64,000 bases of DNA from Octopus sinensis (GCF_006345805.1 NC_043008.1:64542001-64606000); one strand, 5' to 3'. Shown: positions 1 to 13,580, counted from the first letter of the stretch. The notes: a model not told the origin generated them from the sequence alone. Program-made: numbers and translations.

Positions 1-604
1 ACAACGTTTTAGTTGATATATAAAACTTGATCATTTTAGGATTTCTACTAAAAACAGTAAATATCAGGATTTGAATTTAATAAACAATTTTCGAAAACTA
101 TCAACTTGTTAATTAGTAGTATATTTTTGATAAAAAAGCCATCATCTTGATAGAATCTTCCTTTTAACTCTTGAAATGCTATGTAGTAAAATGTAAATTT
201 TATAATTCTAATTCAATAATTTCGTAAGCCATTCACGAGTTCATACTGACATCAAAGAAAAGATAACATTTATATAATGCCATAAAACGGCATTGATATG
301 TTATAGTGTTGTCTCTGCAAGTTGGATACTATTGATGTCAACATTAGGAGATGATAGTAAGTCATTTCAAATCATATATATATTCCTGTATGTTATATAT
401 AATAATTACTGGTATCTTTATATATCAATATATTTTATATGTAAAGCATAATATGTTATGCATGTATGTTCTTGTAATTGTCATTTTAGTAAATACATAA
501 ATAAGTTGACACAATATAATATCTAAACGTTGATGAACCACCCATTGATCACCTCCATTTTCTTATTGCTTTCTCTCTCTCTATATATATATACACACAC
601 ACAC

Positions 605-657
<53 letters not shown>

Positions 658-715
658 TATATAAATCAATAAATGGTGGGGTTGTGTTGACCGTACGTGG
701 AGAAATGATAGGCAA

Positions 716-1138
716 GGAAAAATGATAAAAAGCCAGAATGCTAAATTGAAGGTAAATTTTAATGAAAGTGGGTGTATGGAAGATAACACCACATGGATTT
801 AATCATATGGATCTCAATCCTCCAAGGTATTTTTTTTCAAGAACTCTCATTGAACTCGAGATACACAAAGACGTTACAATGTATCGGTGTACCTATTTTT
901 TAATTTTTGTATATTTTATTTTTTTTTTTGCAAAAAATAATGTAATTTTCTTTTTTCCCCCTCCTCAATTATAAAAAAAAATTTATTTTCACCTTACAAT
1001 TCTTGAAAAGTCGCATTCCGACGAAAACCGGTTTGAATTAATATATATATCTTTTTTTAATTTTTTAAAATTTTCCATACACCCATTTTCATTGAAATTT
1101 TCTTTCAATTTAGCATTCTGCCTTTTTATAATTTTTCC
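716..1138. repeat. ~66-bp inverted repeat pair (716-781 / 1073-1138) enclosing the hammerhead
   Basis: GGAAAAATGATAAAAAGCCAGAATGCTAAATTGAAG...GGGTGTATGGAA is matched by the reverse complement of 1073-1138 with a few mismatches. Confidence 0.8.
998..1039 (+). ncRNA. Minimal type I hammerhead ribozyme motif, U3-A8 core variant
   Basis: AATTC-TTGAAAA-GTCG cattc CGAC-GAAA-ACCGGTT-T-GAATT. Stem I is 5 bp and perfect, stem II is 4 bp, stem III is palindromic (AACCGGTT). The cleavage triplet UUU is suboptimal. Confidence 0.65.
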
Positions 1139-1194
1139 TTACCTATATATATATATACATTTAAATTGTTAATACATATATTCGAATAATTTGG

Positions 1195-1565
1195 TGTTGA
1201 TGTCTGGTAAGAAGTTTGCTTCTCAACCGCAATGTTGGCACCTTGAGCAACTGTCTTCTGCTGTAGCACCAAACTGACCAAAACCTTGTCAGTGAGCTTG
1301 GTAGATGGAAACTGAAAGGAACCCGCCAACGCAATGTGTGCGTGTGAGAGTGTTTCTTTGTGCTTGTGTTCGTCCTCTTTCACCGATTGACAACGGATGA
1401 CGGTTTGTATAGGTCCCTGAAACTCAGAAGTTCCGCATATTATCGATGGATTAAGTACCACGCTTACAAAAAATAACTATTGTGGTCGATTTGTTTGACT
1501 AAATCCTCCAAGGCAACAGGCCATTATTGCGGTAGTTCAATGAGTAGAACAAGTAAAAGATAAAT
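1195..1565 (+). mobile_element. Degenerate tRNA-derived SINE (family B, CORE-like central segment)
   Basis: Matches the other family B copies in the window (GGCACCTTGAGCAACTGTC..., GGAAACTGAAAGGAACCC...). Confidence 0.6.
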
Positions 1566-1574
1566 TATGCTCAT

Positions 1575-1760
1575 CTGCGTTTTATTTTGAATACTCCTAA
1601 TCAATAACTTGAATCATGCGTTGACTATTTTGGTCCTCCAGTTAACAAATGAGATCAATACTTTGCTTGGAAATGTTCTGTAAATTAAAATATTATCTAT
1701 AACTCTGTTAATCCTATGATGACTGTATCCCTTAATAACCGGTGGCAGCCATATGAACAG
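1575..1760 (-). pseudogene. Possible highly decayed Penelope GIY-YIG remnant
   Basis: The minus-strand frame reads ..VIIGLTEL, resembling the YIGLTE motif. Flanks are badly decayed. Confidence 0.3.
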
Positions 1761-2265
1761 AAAGAAATCGTAACTGATATTACCAATATTAAACATGCCG
1801 GAGTTCTTTCACTCACGAAGAAGCTCGGAAAGTAGCAGAATTTTATCGTCACGCATTTGGCCGCAGCAACAATGACCACCCTTGAAATCCAAGACACCTG
1901 AATCACGTTACATGAAAAGATATTTGAGTTATAAAATCTATTGTGACCTTGATGGTGTGCCATCCTTAATAATACTATTATCATTGCGATGAAGATAAAT
2001 TCAATGGTAAGTGTAACAGAATTATTTTTAACCTTCTCTTAGCTGCAGAGGACTTCCGAATAATCTAGAATAACAACACTTTGAAGCGGATCACCACAAT
2101 TTGATTTTGTGTCAGAGTATACTCCGATAGACATCGTCTTCCTGGACTCGGCTCCAGGGCAGCAGGATAATGCAGATAATAGCGTTTAAATATATATAGT
2201 TTCCAACTTGGCTAAGAGGCCTTGTTTATCTCTTTTGAAGATATTTTGTTGCAAGTGTTTTATAA

Positions 2266-2315
<50 letters not shown>

Positions 2316-2999
2316 CATACACACACATATATACATGCATACATACATCTATTTATCGTATTTACATACATATACAATATAGACAAGCATAAATACATAA
2401 ACACGCATATGTATCTCTTTTTATGTACGTGTGTATATACATGAAGATATGTAAATGAAAATAGAAATATACAGCTGCTTCCAGCTTCATACGCACACAA
2501 TGCCCACATTGCACAAAAATCACAAATACATAATCGCACGCACGCACGCACACACACACACACCACACACACACACACACACACAAAGACACATACACAC
2601 ACATACATGTCTATGCGCACAAACATATGTTATGAAGAAAGGAATAAAAGCAATACAAAGCCTTTGAAAGTCTGTTAAATTAGTTCTTTTGAAGAAACAA
2701 TACATTCTTGGAAAATTTAAAGAAAAGACAAGCATTAAAAAAAAGATAAAGTGAAACGAATATAAATGTTAAAAGAAAAATCTTCAATACGAAGCGAAAG
2801 CTTAAATTGGTTTGGATTGAAGTTGATTTACATCAATAATGGTAAAGATGTTCAGGCCTCGTAGTTCTTCTAAGAATGTGTTTAGGTTTATTTTGAAAAT
2901 AAATTTTGTTATTCATTGTCTTGAATAAAACAAGTTGTCTTGATTAATGTGACATTTGATAGATTCATCTGGGAAAGAAATATATTCTGAATTGAGAAT

Positions 3000-3800
3000 G
3001 GAGCTAGCTTGCGGAACCTATAAGAGCGCGAGAAAAAAATTGCTTTGCAGCATTTTTTCCGGCCTTTTTTAACATTCTGAGTTCAAATCGTGTCGGTGTC
3101 AACTTTGCCTTTTATTATTTGGAAGTGATAGTATTAAGTACTAATTTAAGTATCGATTATCCTTGTGTCTAAATTATAAGCAAAATTACCAATAGGCAGA
3201 ATCACTTGATCATTGGGAAAAAATGTTTTGCGATGTATATTCTGGCGAGCCGGTAAAACCATTAGTACAGCAGGAAAAGTGCTTAGCGGCATTCAGGTTC
3301 TGAGTTCGAATTCCCCGCTGTCGACTTTGTTATGATCCTTTCACGGTCGATAAAATAAGTAGCAGTCGAGCACTGGGGTCGATTTAATCGACTTACCCCT
3401 GCCCTGAAATTACTGCCAACATTTGAAACCGATATATGCTCCAGCTCTTTACGTTCCGAGTTCAAATTCTACCTCGGTGGGATTTTGCATTCATCCTTTC
3501 GTGGTTGATAAATTAAATACCAGTCTTGGTACGGGGTCAGTGCTGTCGATTATTTTCCTATTGATTATTGCTGGCCTTAAGTGTAAATTAAAATTAAAGA
3601 AGGCAATTTTTTCTTAGTTTATCGGAAAAACAGATTATGTCGTATATGTTTCGGGCCTTTACAGCCTAGTTCAAATCCCACCGGTGTCAGTCTATTCTTC
3701 ATATTTTATTAGTCGATAAAACAAAGTACCAGTTAAGTACTGAGGTCGACAGCATCAATTAATTCCTTCTCTTCGAAACTACTGGTCCTAAATTAGTAAC
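3000..3800 (+). mobile_element. Cluster of about four tandem degenerate family A SINE copies
   Basis: TTCTGAGTTCAAAT...GTCGACTTT...GTCGATAAA...AAGTACCAG blocks recur at about 3075, 3300, 3455 and 3665. Confidence 0.7.
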
Positions 3801-3877
3801 AATTACTAGAGCATAGACGTTTAAATAAAATACTTCAAAAGGAAATTAGGTTTGATGTATTGAGTTATATATCATCA

Positions 3878-4273
3878 CTAGCAGTATCGGCCGGCGTTGC
3901 TCGGGTTTGTAACGGAAATAACTATATAAGCATTTTTAGAGATGTAAAGTATAATAGCCATCTCAATATGGCTAACCACAAAGGGGGGGGGGTTACTGTA
4001 GCTTTTTATGTTCTGAGATTTAATAATAAATTTTTAGAGAGTTACTTCCCTTATATATGCAAAAAATGCATTAAAAATGGGAAAAATTGATAGTAATTTT
4101 TTTTAAAATCGTAGACTCATCGTAGACGGGCGCTAATACCCAGAAGGGCTCGATATGAATCACGACTATAAGATACCCGGTTTTGGTTAAACTGCACCGC
4201 AAAACGTGGGAATAGTTAGGAATCTAAATCGTAGGAGACAGACAGCACGCAACCTCACTTTTATATATAAAGA
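3878..4273 (-). mobile_element. Non-autonomous Helitron, copy 1
   Basis: On the minus strand it starts A|TC(TTTATATATAAAA) and ends CCCGAGCAACGCCGGC-GATACTG-CTAG|T. This gives 5'-TC, a subterminal hairpin, 3'-CTAG, an A|T target and no TSD. It shares both ends with 7418-7929. Confidence 0.8.
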
Positions 4274-4638
4274 TATACCACATGACACACACATAATACA
4301 CTTACAGGGATGTACTCACATATAACGTATGAACGTATATTTAACTATGATGGAGATTCACGTGGTCACCAAACCAGCTGGGAATATCAAACACATATAC
4401 ACATACGCACATGCACACGCACACGCACGCATGCACAATCAAGCACACACATACACACATATATTAAGTAATGTGTGTATGTGATAACTGTTGCAATGAA
4501 GCTTCAAACTAGGAAACCCGCTGCTCTGGGAGAGGAATAATATAACTGATGATTATACTCTTAGCTTACTTAAGGTTTCATATCCAGTATTCATTGAAGG
4601 GTATTCATTGAAGAAAAATGTACCAATAATAAATACCT

Positions 4639-4866
4639 ATTTCTTTATTACCCACAAGGGGCTAAACACAAAGGGGACAAACAAGGACAGACATAGGTAT
4701 TAAGTCGATTACATCGACCCCAGTGCGTAACTGGTACTTAATTTATCGACCCCGAAAGGATGGAAGGCAAAGTCGACCTCGGCGGAATTTGAACTCACAA
4801 CTTAACGCAGACAAAATACCGCTAAGCATTTCGCCCGGCGTGCTAACGTTCCTGCCAGCTCGCCGC
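4639..4866 (-). mobile_element. Family A tRNA-derived SINE, full length
   Basis: GCGGCGAGCTGGCAGGAACGTTAGCACGCCGGGCGAAATG head and ...GGGTAATAAAGAAATAGG tail. A 20-bp direct repeat TGTACCAATAATAAATACCT lies at 4619-4638 and 4889-4908. Confidence 0.85.
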
Positions 4867-6611
4867 TAGGTATTTATTATTATTATTATGTACCAATAAT
4901 AAATACCTTCTCCCATTCCAAACCTGTCGATTCATACATACATACATACATACATAATACATACAACTATACATACATACACATATACATACATACATAC
5001 AGACATACATACATACATACATACATACATACATACATACATCATACATACATACGCATATGCATACATAATAGAAACGTACATACATACATCCGTACAC
5101 ACATACAAATATATATTTATATATACATAATCGTTATTATGTGTTTGTGTGTGTGTTTCCTTAGATACATAAAAGTATATGCATACAGCATAAAATATAT
5201 ATATGTATATATATATAACTTTTTGTTTTTTGCTTTTTGTTTTGCTTTCAAAGATTAATTGTTTCAGAAATCCGATAGATAAAGTTGAATACACCAAACA
5301 AATAATGAATTACTGTACAGTTTGTTTAGTTTATGGTTATTCACTTACTTCAATTTTAAACGCATTTCAAAAATATTAGATAACACCAGTATAATTTAGT
5401 ATTTTAAACTTTTAAATTTATATTAGAAATCTATTTGCATTCTTATGGAAATCAGATAACCAATAGGGATATTCAGTTCAAATAATATTGTTTGTTTGTA
5501 GTCACTGTGTGGTTATAAAAAGTAGTTAAGTTCAGAGGTGAGTAAAATTCTACAGAATATTCTAATATTTGGCTCTTATTCTTTTATCGCCTGAAGATAT
5601 GGCAGTCCATCAATATGTTAATATATGAGACTCTTAGCACAGTAGTCGTCTAACCTGTTCCCGGTTCAGCCCTGCTGAGAACTACTGTTCCATATTGGAA
5701 CCATATTTCTCAGTAATAATTTACACATAGTGCCATACCTTCGGGCAAAAACGAAGAACGAAGAACAATAACAAAGACAGAGTATATTCTTCACAATTCT
5801 TTTCACCTCTGAACCGCTCTACTTTCTGTAACTACACGAAGACTTCAAATAAGTAGCATTCTTTGAACAGAACACTCTCACGTCTCATTGGATTTCCATA
5901 AATATATGAGTTAATTTATTAGATTACTATGGTAGACGGCTAATGTGCTTATATATATATATACATACATACATAGATACATACATACATACTTACATAT
6001 ATATATATATATATATGAGTTAATTTATTCGATTATTATAGTAGACGGCTAAGGTGCTTATATATATATATATATATATATGCGTGTGTACATATGTAAT
6101 TGCATACATACATAGACACACACACCTCTTTATATATATATAAATATAAGTGTTTGTATGCATGCATGTATGTATGTATTATGTAGGTGCATATTTAGTT
6201 TTTGTAGACGTCCAACGACTCTATAAACCTTTCAAAAATGTATCATCGAAGCCGGTAGTTCTCAGCCTAGGGTTACATGACCACTGAGAGGCGTTTTAAG
6301 CAAAATAGAAAAATTGGAGATGCTCGGTAGTATTCTAAATGTCCATGAATGAATTTTGTTTTGTATGTAGTTATTGCAAAAAAAAAACAACAACAAAAAA
6401 GCAACTAGGTGTCTTTCTCTAACGTTTTACATAAGTCAAACTACACAAGTGAATGTGTGAAAAACAAACTAGGAATTTTGAAAGATGTATCTATAAAACT
6501 AGTTTTTAAGCATGGAATAACTAGTAAATGCAATTTACTGACAATTTTTCTTCGATATTTTATAAAAACATGCCTGCCCACAAAACTACATTTATATGTA
6601 GTTTTTGTATA

Positions 6612-6985
6612 GGCGTAGTAGTGGCTGTGTTGTAGTAGCTTGCTTACCAGCCACATGGTTCCGGGTTCAGTCCCACTGTGGCACCAAAGCCTTGTGAGTG
6701 GATTTGGTAGACGGAAATTGAAAGAAGCCCGTCGTATATATGTATATATATAAATGTATGTGTGTGTGTATATGTTTGTGTGTCTGTGTTTGTCCCCCCA
6801 ACATTGCTTGACAACCGATGCTGGTGTGTTTACGTCCCCGTAACTTAGCGGTTCGCAAAAGAGACTGATAGAATAAGTACTAGGTTTACAAAGAATAAGT
6901 CCTGGGGTCTATTTGCTCGACTAAAGACGGCGCTCCAGCATGACCACACTCAAATGACTGAAACAAGTAAGAGAGTAAAAGAGTA
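6612..6985 (+). mobile_element. Family B tRNA-derived SINE
   Basis: GGCGTAGTAGTGGCTGTG...GGTTCAGTCCCAC (B-box-like), internal TA/TG tract, tail CAAATGACTGAAACAAGTAAGAGAGTAAAAGAG. Confidence 0.85.
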
Positions 6986-7417
6986 TATGTATATATCTAT
7001 ATATATAAAACTGGCATATAAAAATATATAAAATATATATAAATATATATACATATAGGAGCATATAAAAAATATACTGTATATATATATATATCGTGTA
7101 ACTAAAGTAAAATAATGTTCATCGTTTAGAAATCTTAATCAGGTAAAATAAGCCTTATATATAAGAAGGAAATGTTTACTTATCCCTATGGCCATTTCAG
7201 GGGTGTATTACGTGCTGTACATATGAATTTTGTTCCATCTTGCGGGTTATATGTTTATTCTATAATTAAATGTTCGAATTATGAAATGACATGCGGTTGA
7301 CTTTGTATTTGCTTGTTCAATGATTTTAATTTGATATTTTTGTCTCTTCCAATAGAGCACTTCTATTGCAGTCCTATTAAACCTTTTTTTTGTTCCTGAC
7401 AAGAAACAATTATTGTA

Positions 7418-7929
7418 TCGATATATATAAAACTGTAGTTGTGTGAGTGTCTGTCCCCTTCGATTTAGATTCCTAACTACTCCCACATTTTGCGGTGCAG
7501 TTTAACCAAATTCGGGTATCTTATAGTCGTGATTTATATCGAGCCCGTCTGAGTATTACCGAGCGTCTACGATGAGTGTACGATTTTAAAAATAATTTAA
7601 CATCATTTTTTATTCCATTTTAATGCATAATTTTTCGTGTCTCGATGGCGGCGGAGTTGGCGTCCATGGTCACACCTGCACCTGTTTGCTTCTCCCCTTC
7701 TTCCCTCCCTCGTGAAGCTGTGGGGAAGGGAGTGTAAGGAAATCAACGTCGTAAAGCGTTGTCAAGGAGACCAGCGTTCTTTTAGAACAACGACTTCATG
7801 GCTTGAAGACACCAAAACAGAAATGGCTAAGAAAGCCCGAATTGGCATCTATAAGGGAAGTAACTCTCTAAAAATGCTTATATAGTTATTTCCCTTACAA
7901 ACCCGAGCAACGCCGCGCGATACTGCTAG
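7418..7929 (+). mobile_element. Non-autonomous Helitron, copy 2
   Basis: A|TCGATATATATAAAA...CCCGAGCAACGCCGCGCGATACTG-CTAG|T. Its termini are homologous to 3878-4273. Confidence 0.8.
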
Positions 7930-9299
7930 TTTTCTTATAAAATCCAAAAACAGAATGATTGCAAACTCTATAACTTCAAAAAAAAAAAACTTTTGATCTG
8001 TCTGAAGGAATGATACAATTTCTTGTAATCCATGATGCCATATTTTAAACTGGCGTGGATGTTGTGTTTCCAACCAGTACAATACTGATTAATAGAATAT
8101 TTCCCAGGCAGAAGTATGTACTTGGGGCGATGTGAATGACTATATTTCTATGTTACAATCCAAAGCTGAAATCTATAAAATTTGCTCTTCCATAACAAGA
8201 CGCAGTAATATATTTATTGAAGAGAATGAGTTTTCTAATTAATTGCGTAATGAAAATATGTCCGCACCATTACATCACTGCGTGCACATTATCTTGTCAG
8301 TTGTAGGGAATCCGGGATTGATTGATTTATTGTTCTCTAATATCTGTGATAACTAGTAACGAAGGAAGGAGATCTTGTTTCTTCCGGAATTTATAATATC
8401 TGAGAAAATGAATTTTACTATCTCTAAAACACTCAGGAAATTGCTTTCTATCTCCATGTTTATTTTCCTTTAATATTTGGGGTTTCTCAGAGAGAAGCCT
8501 TAATATAGGTTTTGGAATAATTAAGGAAACTCTGGAGATACTTATTCCGTAATTGCCCTGGAAGTTTCAGAAATTAAGTAAATAATAGCATACTTTCTAT
8601 TACTAGGTACTACTTTTGTGATTCTACGCTCACGATTTGAATTCTTGTTTTTGCTACCAGATTCGTATTCTCTGATTCCTCCGATAATTTTAAATACTTT
8701 CACATCTTTTGAATATATGACATTCATTAGGAAACAAAAGCATCAATTATTCCTGGGGTAGTAAACACTTTCTTGTGAAAGAGCTAACATACCTAAATAG
8801 AAAAAGTACTCTAATATTTCAGCAAAATAATAATAAATAAATAACGCAGAATAATATCATGTGTTACTTCAAAACTATTTTCTATACGAAACTAAAACTA
8901 ACAAAGCAAAATTTGGGAGGATGCAGCAAAGTTATTTCACAAAATTTTCCACTCGTATGTAAGCAAAGTACTTCAAGTGAACTGGAGTGGTTAGCAAAAG
9001 AGCGCTGGCGATAGGGGTCTGAGAATATAGAAATAATGAAAGAGGACTGTAACTAAAATATGAATAAAGATGTACTTGAAGGTTTGCAACTTATATTTTG
9101 TTTGTGAAAAGAAGAGCAAACCACTTCACTGCTGTTTAAGATATTAGGTAGTAGAGTACACATTTCAGTTGCATACATATTAAATTTATTGCTCTGTCAT
9201 TATATTTTTTCCTTTGCCTGTATACTAAATGACTAGAACTTTTAATTTCTCGATCTTCCAGACACCAAACAAACTTTGACAATGCAGTAAAAGTATGTT

Positions 9300-9790
9300 T
9301 ATCACTGCGTTTGAATCAACATGTAACGAAATTTAAATGAGTGTTCGGTTAGACCGATGTATGATTTGCCCGCATAATCAGTTTCTAAACATTTTCTCTA
9401 AACACGAGCGCATTTTCAGGTAGCTATGATTTTCAGAGAAATTTTAAGAAAGTTGTGTAAGTACATTTATATTACGAAGTGTTCCTAGCTATTTTAAAGT
9501 TTCTTAAACAACAGTAACTTATCTTAATAGAATTCTTATTGAACATTTTGTAGCATGCAAGAGAGGTATGTCTAAGTGAATAAGCGTGTCGCTGTGTTAA
9601 AAACCATATACATATCATGTTAAGTTAAAAATCGTTATCATCCTATTGGGGTATTTGATTAATCTCATAGATGTGGTTGTAATATATTTTAGATTATTGC
9701 GGAAGCTTCATCATAGCAAAGCAACATTGATGCTGGTCAATCAGAAGATTCTGTTCAGTTGCCCTCATGTCATATTAATTTTCATTGTAT
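9300..9790 (-). pseudogene. Decayed Penelope-like element (RT linker plus GIY-YIG endonuclease)
   Basis: Minus-strand translations NKNSIKISYCCLRN (~9500-9540) and KSYIGLTEHSFK (~9320-9365) match the conserved Penelope motifs N..KISYSC and YIGLTE..FK. Confidence 0.7.
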
Positions 9791-9829
9791 ATTTTCATTT
9801 CTACAATAATATTTAGAAGATCACCGGAC

Positions 9830-10005
9830 GAAATGCTTAGCGGTATTTCGTCTGTCTTTATGTTTTAAGTTCAAATTCCGCCGAGATCGACTTTGCCTTT
9901 CATCCTTTCGGGGTCGATAAATTATGTACCAGTTACGTTCCGGGGTCGATTTAATCGACTGGCACCCTCCCCGACAATTTCGAGCCTTGTGCCTAGAGTA
10001 GAAAT
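9830..10005 (+). mobile_element. Family A SINE, 5'-truncated
   Basis: CGAAATGCTTAGCGGTATTTCGTC...AAATTCCGCCGAGATCGACTTTGCCTTTCATCC. Confidence 0.8.
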
Positions 10006-10309
10006 GAATATTTAGAAGAGCACATATTTATTTACTTTTACAAGGAAATGCGTGACAGTGAGTGTGAACTGCATGCGCATGCGTGTGGGAATAAGGTATT
10101 ACAAAATTGTTTGGTACATATATCATTAAAATTTACGTTGCATTCATTCATTTCTGTCTCGCGTTCACTCTCATTCTCCTGCTTTGTACATCTCTCTCTC
10201 TCTCTCTCGCTTCGTTTCTCCCCCTTTCTCTCTCTCTCTATCTATTTATCTATGTTTCTATATATGTATGTGTGAGTGTGTATATAGATATGAACACATA
10301 TGTGTAAAT

Positions 10310-10311
10310 AC

Positions 10312-10347
<36 letters not shown>

Positions 10348-10406
10348 GTGTGTACACATGTATACACATATATACATACATATACATATATATTATTATA
10401 TATATA

Positions 10407-10461
<55 letters not shown>

Positions 10462-11220
10462 TCTTCACTGTTCTCGCTCTGTTAACGCTTTGGCGTTCAG
10501 ACGAGTGTACTGGCGTAGATGGCAACATGTACGCGTGCCTGCATGTACGTGCGTAAGTGTGTATGTGTGTACTTACTAACCTGGCTACCTCTTTATTAAG
10601 AGATACATACAGATAGACAGATAGATAGATAGATAGATAGATAGATACCATTATGTATGAAAGAACAGAGGCGAGTACTATATTTCACTGTCGGCATAAA
10701 ATGTCGGATAAAGAGACCACATCTTGTAGCCGAAACTTAAACTATGATGACTGGTACACGACGAGATCGCTTTGTGTTTGCGAGCTATGAATAGTAATTG
10801 TAAAACTGACAGCAATGATAACTTTGGATATCTCAGCTTTCGGAAACCATTATCGATTAGATGTGAAAACGTAATGTGATAGGTGTAGACCTTTCTGCTT
10901 AAAAGGACGATGACAAATTTGTTAGAGAAACTTGTGAAAAGCTAGTCGAGTCTCTCATTCGATTTCGTCCTTTCTTTCTTTCCATCTTTCTTTCTTTCAT
11001 TCTCTTTCTTTTTACCCACTTGCTATGAATACTTATATCAACATTTAAATATAAATATAAATAAACGTGTATATATATATATAAGATAGTGGTACAACAA
11101 TGAGCCAATATTTACTGGAAATAGCACTCGATAATATACAACGCTATAGTAAAGCTTCACGGTATGTATGTATGTATGTATGTATGTATGTATGTATGTA
11201 TGTATGTATCTATCTATCTA

Positions 11221-11310
<90 letters not shown>
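10310..11310. repeat. Microsatellite tracts: (TA)n 10310-10456, (GATA)n 10610-10647, (TATG)n-(TATC)n-(TA)n 11163-11310
   Basis: Seen directly in the sequence. Confidence 0.95.
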
Positions 11311-11311
<1 letters not shown>

Positions 11312-12734
11312 AGGGTAGAAATTGATATCGATCAATTAACATCAGTCAAAACAGTGGTCTAGCATATTCAAAAAATCCAAAGATTTAAAAAATTATATTA
11401 CAATTAATAAGAGGAATGACCACTAAAGTGGATTCCTATTCGCTAGAGATAGACGTCAAATCGCCTATCTCTCGCGTACAGGAATCCACTTTAGTGGATT
11501 TAATTTAATTTAATTTACTTTGCGGGAAGGACTGTTTCAATGGAGTCGTGTCTTGTCCTTTCCTTCGTAAAGCGGAGTAGACAAAATAGGGACAACTGAA
11601 GAAGGGGAATATTGCTTGTGTTGTATGTCTTGTACTCTGTTTTTTCGTTGTTTGAAAAAAAGTTCGTTTCCATGCTTTTGTTTTTATGTTTTCGATTCTC
11701 ATTGTGTTCAACGTTTTTTTGTTTTGATGTCCTGTACCCATATATGCATGTATATATACATATAGATGTAGGCACGTACATATATGTATGTATATATGGA
11801 TATATCTATATATTATTCATATTACACACACACACACACACACACGCGCATTAGAATAAGAAATAGAAAATCCTTGGTACATGATTAGAAATGGCTTTAC
11901 TGATAAATTTTCTACTTTAATTATTAGATGTTTATGATTTTACAAAGCGTGGTTTGTGAGTGGATGTTAATTTCAATCCATTTTCCAATAGTTTAATTTC
12001 TTCTTAAGATAATTTTTAGAGGATAAATGTATTATATTATATTTGCTTTTGTGTTTGTTTTCTATTGTCTCGCGTGGAATGAGGTTATTTTTCTCTTTTC
12101 TTGTGGTATATCTCCTGCTTTAAAAATTGGTTTGGATTGGAGTTGGGAAATTTTGTTGCGAAGTATTATACATTTGTGACATGCTAAGTAATGTTCTCGG
12201 TTTGGCGCATTTATACTAACATATAACCATACACACTTACGAACCTATAGGTATAGGTTTCCAAAATGCTTTTCAATGCATGGAAAAGACGAACATTGAC
12301 TTCATAAGCGATTTAATACACGTGTAATATCTAATATTTATGATGATTTTATTGACAATTATTTCGAAGTTTCGCTGTATATGATACTATTTATAACCCT
12401 AAATATATCGTATTTTTACGAGATACATGAGTACATAAAACAGATGCTTAAGTACAAGTCTAGCAACTTTATACAGATGAAATATAAATCAGCTTCTACA
12501 TCGAACGACAATTATTGACATATATCATTCCTGCAGGATTAGTTATCAATTCTCCTAATCTAGACGAACTGAAAAACAACCAACATGATACATCATCTGC
12601 AGATACACTGCAATACTCGCGCAATGAAGGCGGTTTAGTTCAGCAATGTATTTGTTCAAAGCGCTTCACCATCCCCGCTTAAAAATATGCATATATATAT
12701 GTACTATACTAATATATACGTACATACTCACGAA

Positions 12735-12813
<79 letters not shown>

Positions 12814-12959
12814 ACACTGGTACCAGTGCATGTGCATGTACACATGCGAAATCTTTCCTTGAACGACATCGTCAGGCCAAAATTTGCAGACATTTGTCGT
12901 TTAACATTCCTTGTACGTCTTTCAGTCATAGGCTCTGACAATGCTGGGACTCAGTCTGG

Positions 12960-13580
12960 AAGCATTTTAGTCGAAAGAATCGATCCAAGTGCTAACTTTT
13001 TTAACCCTGGTTCTTATCGTATCGGTCTGTTTTACCGAACTGCTAAGCTAGGGGGACATAAACACACCAACTCAAGCACAAACACAAAGGAACACATACA
13101 CATATAAATATATTTATATATGTATCGCAGAGTATACACGCAGCAAGTATAGATGGGCTGGACACGTCGCCCAGCTCACCGATAATCGGTGGACGCACGC
13201 AGTTGACGAGTGGTACCCGCGTGAGCGGAAAAGACCACCCAGAAGACCTCCACGACGGTGGAATTACTATTTCAGGATGACGATTGGGATCACGTTGATG
13301 AGAAAGGTGCGATTCAGAGAGGAGTGGACAGCGTGCTGTGACCAGCGGTGTCAAATGGACGCCTGACGGACTGGTCGGTCAAAGTGATCAAAGTGATATA
13401 TGTATATACGACGGGCTTCTTTAAGTTTCTATTAATCAAATCCACTTACAAGGCTTTGGTTAACTCAGGCTATAGTAGAAGACAACTAGCCAAGATGCCG
13501 TGCAGTGGAACCAAGACCAGACCGAAACTATGTGGTTTGGAAGCAAACTTATTACTGCAAAGACATGCTTGTGCTTAGAG
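12960..13580 (-). mobile_element. Family B SINE split by an RTE insertion
   Basis: The 3' part (12960-13125) and 5' part (13397-13580) are collinear with other family B copies. Confidence 0.7.
13126..13396 (+). mobile_element. 5'-truncated RTE-clade LINE 3' end
   Basis: Translates SKYRWAGHVAQLTDNRWTHAVDEWYPRERKRPPRRPPRRW...DA*, the RTE C-terminal WAGHV/DNRW/RP..RW pattern. Tail is (TCAAAGTGA)2. TSD TATATGTAT lies at 13117-13125 and 13397-13405. Confidence 0.85.

Noticed and set aside
5590-5625. CTGAAGA-T-ATGG cagt CCAT motif
   Set aside because: No GAAA, stem III or stem I could be assigned.
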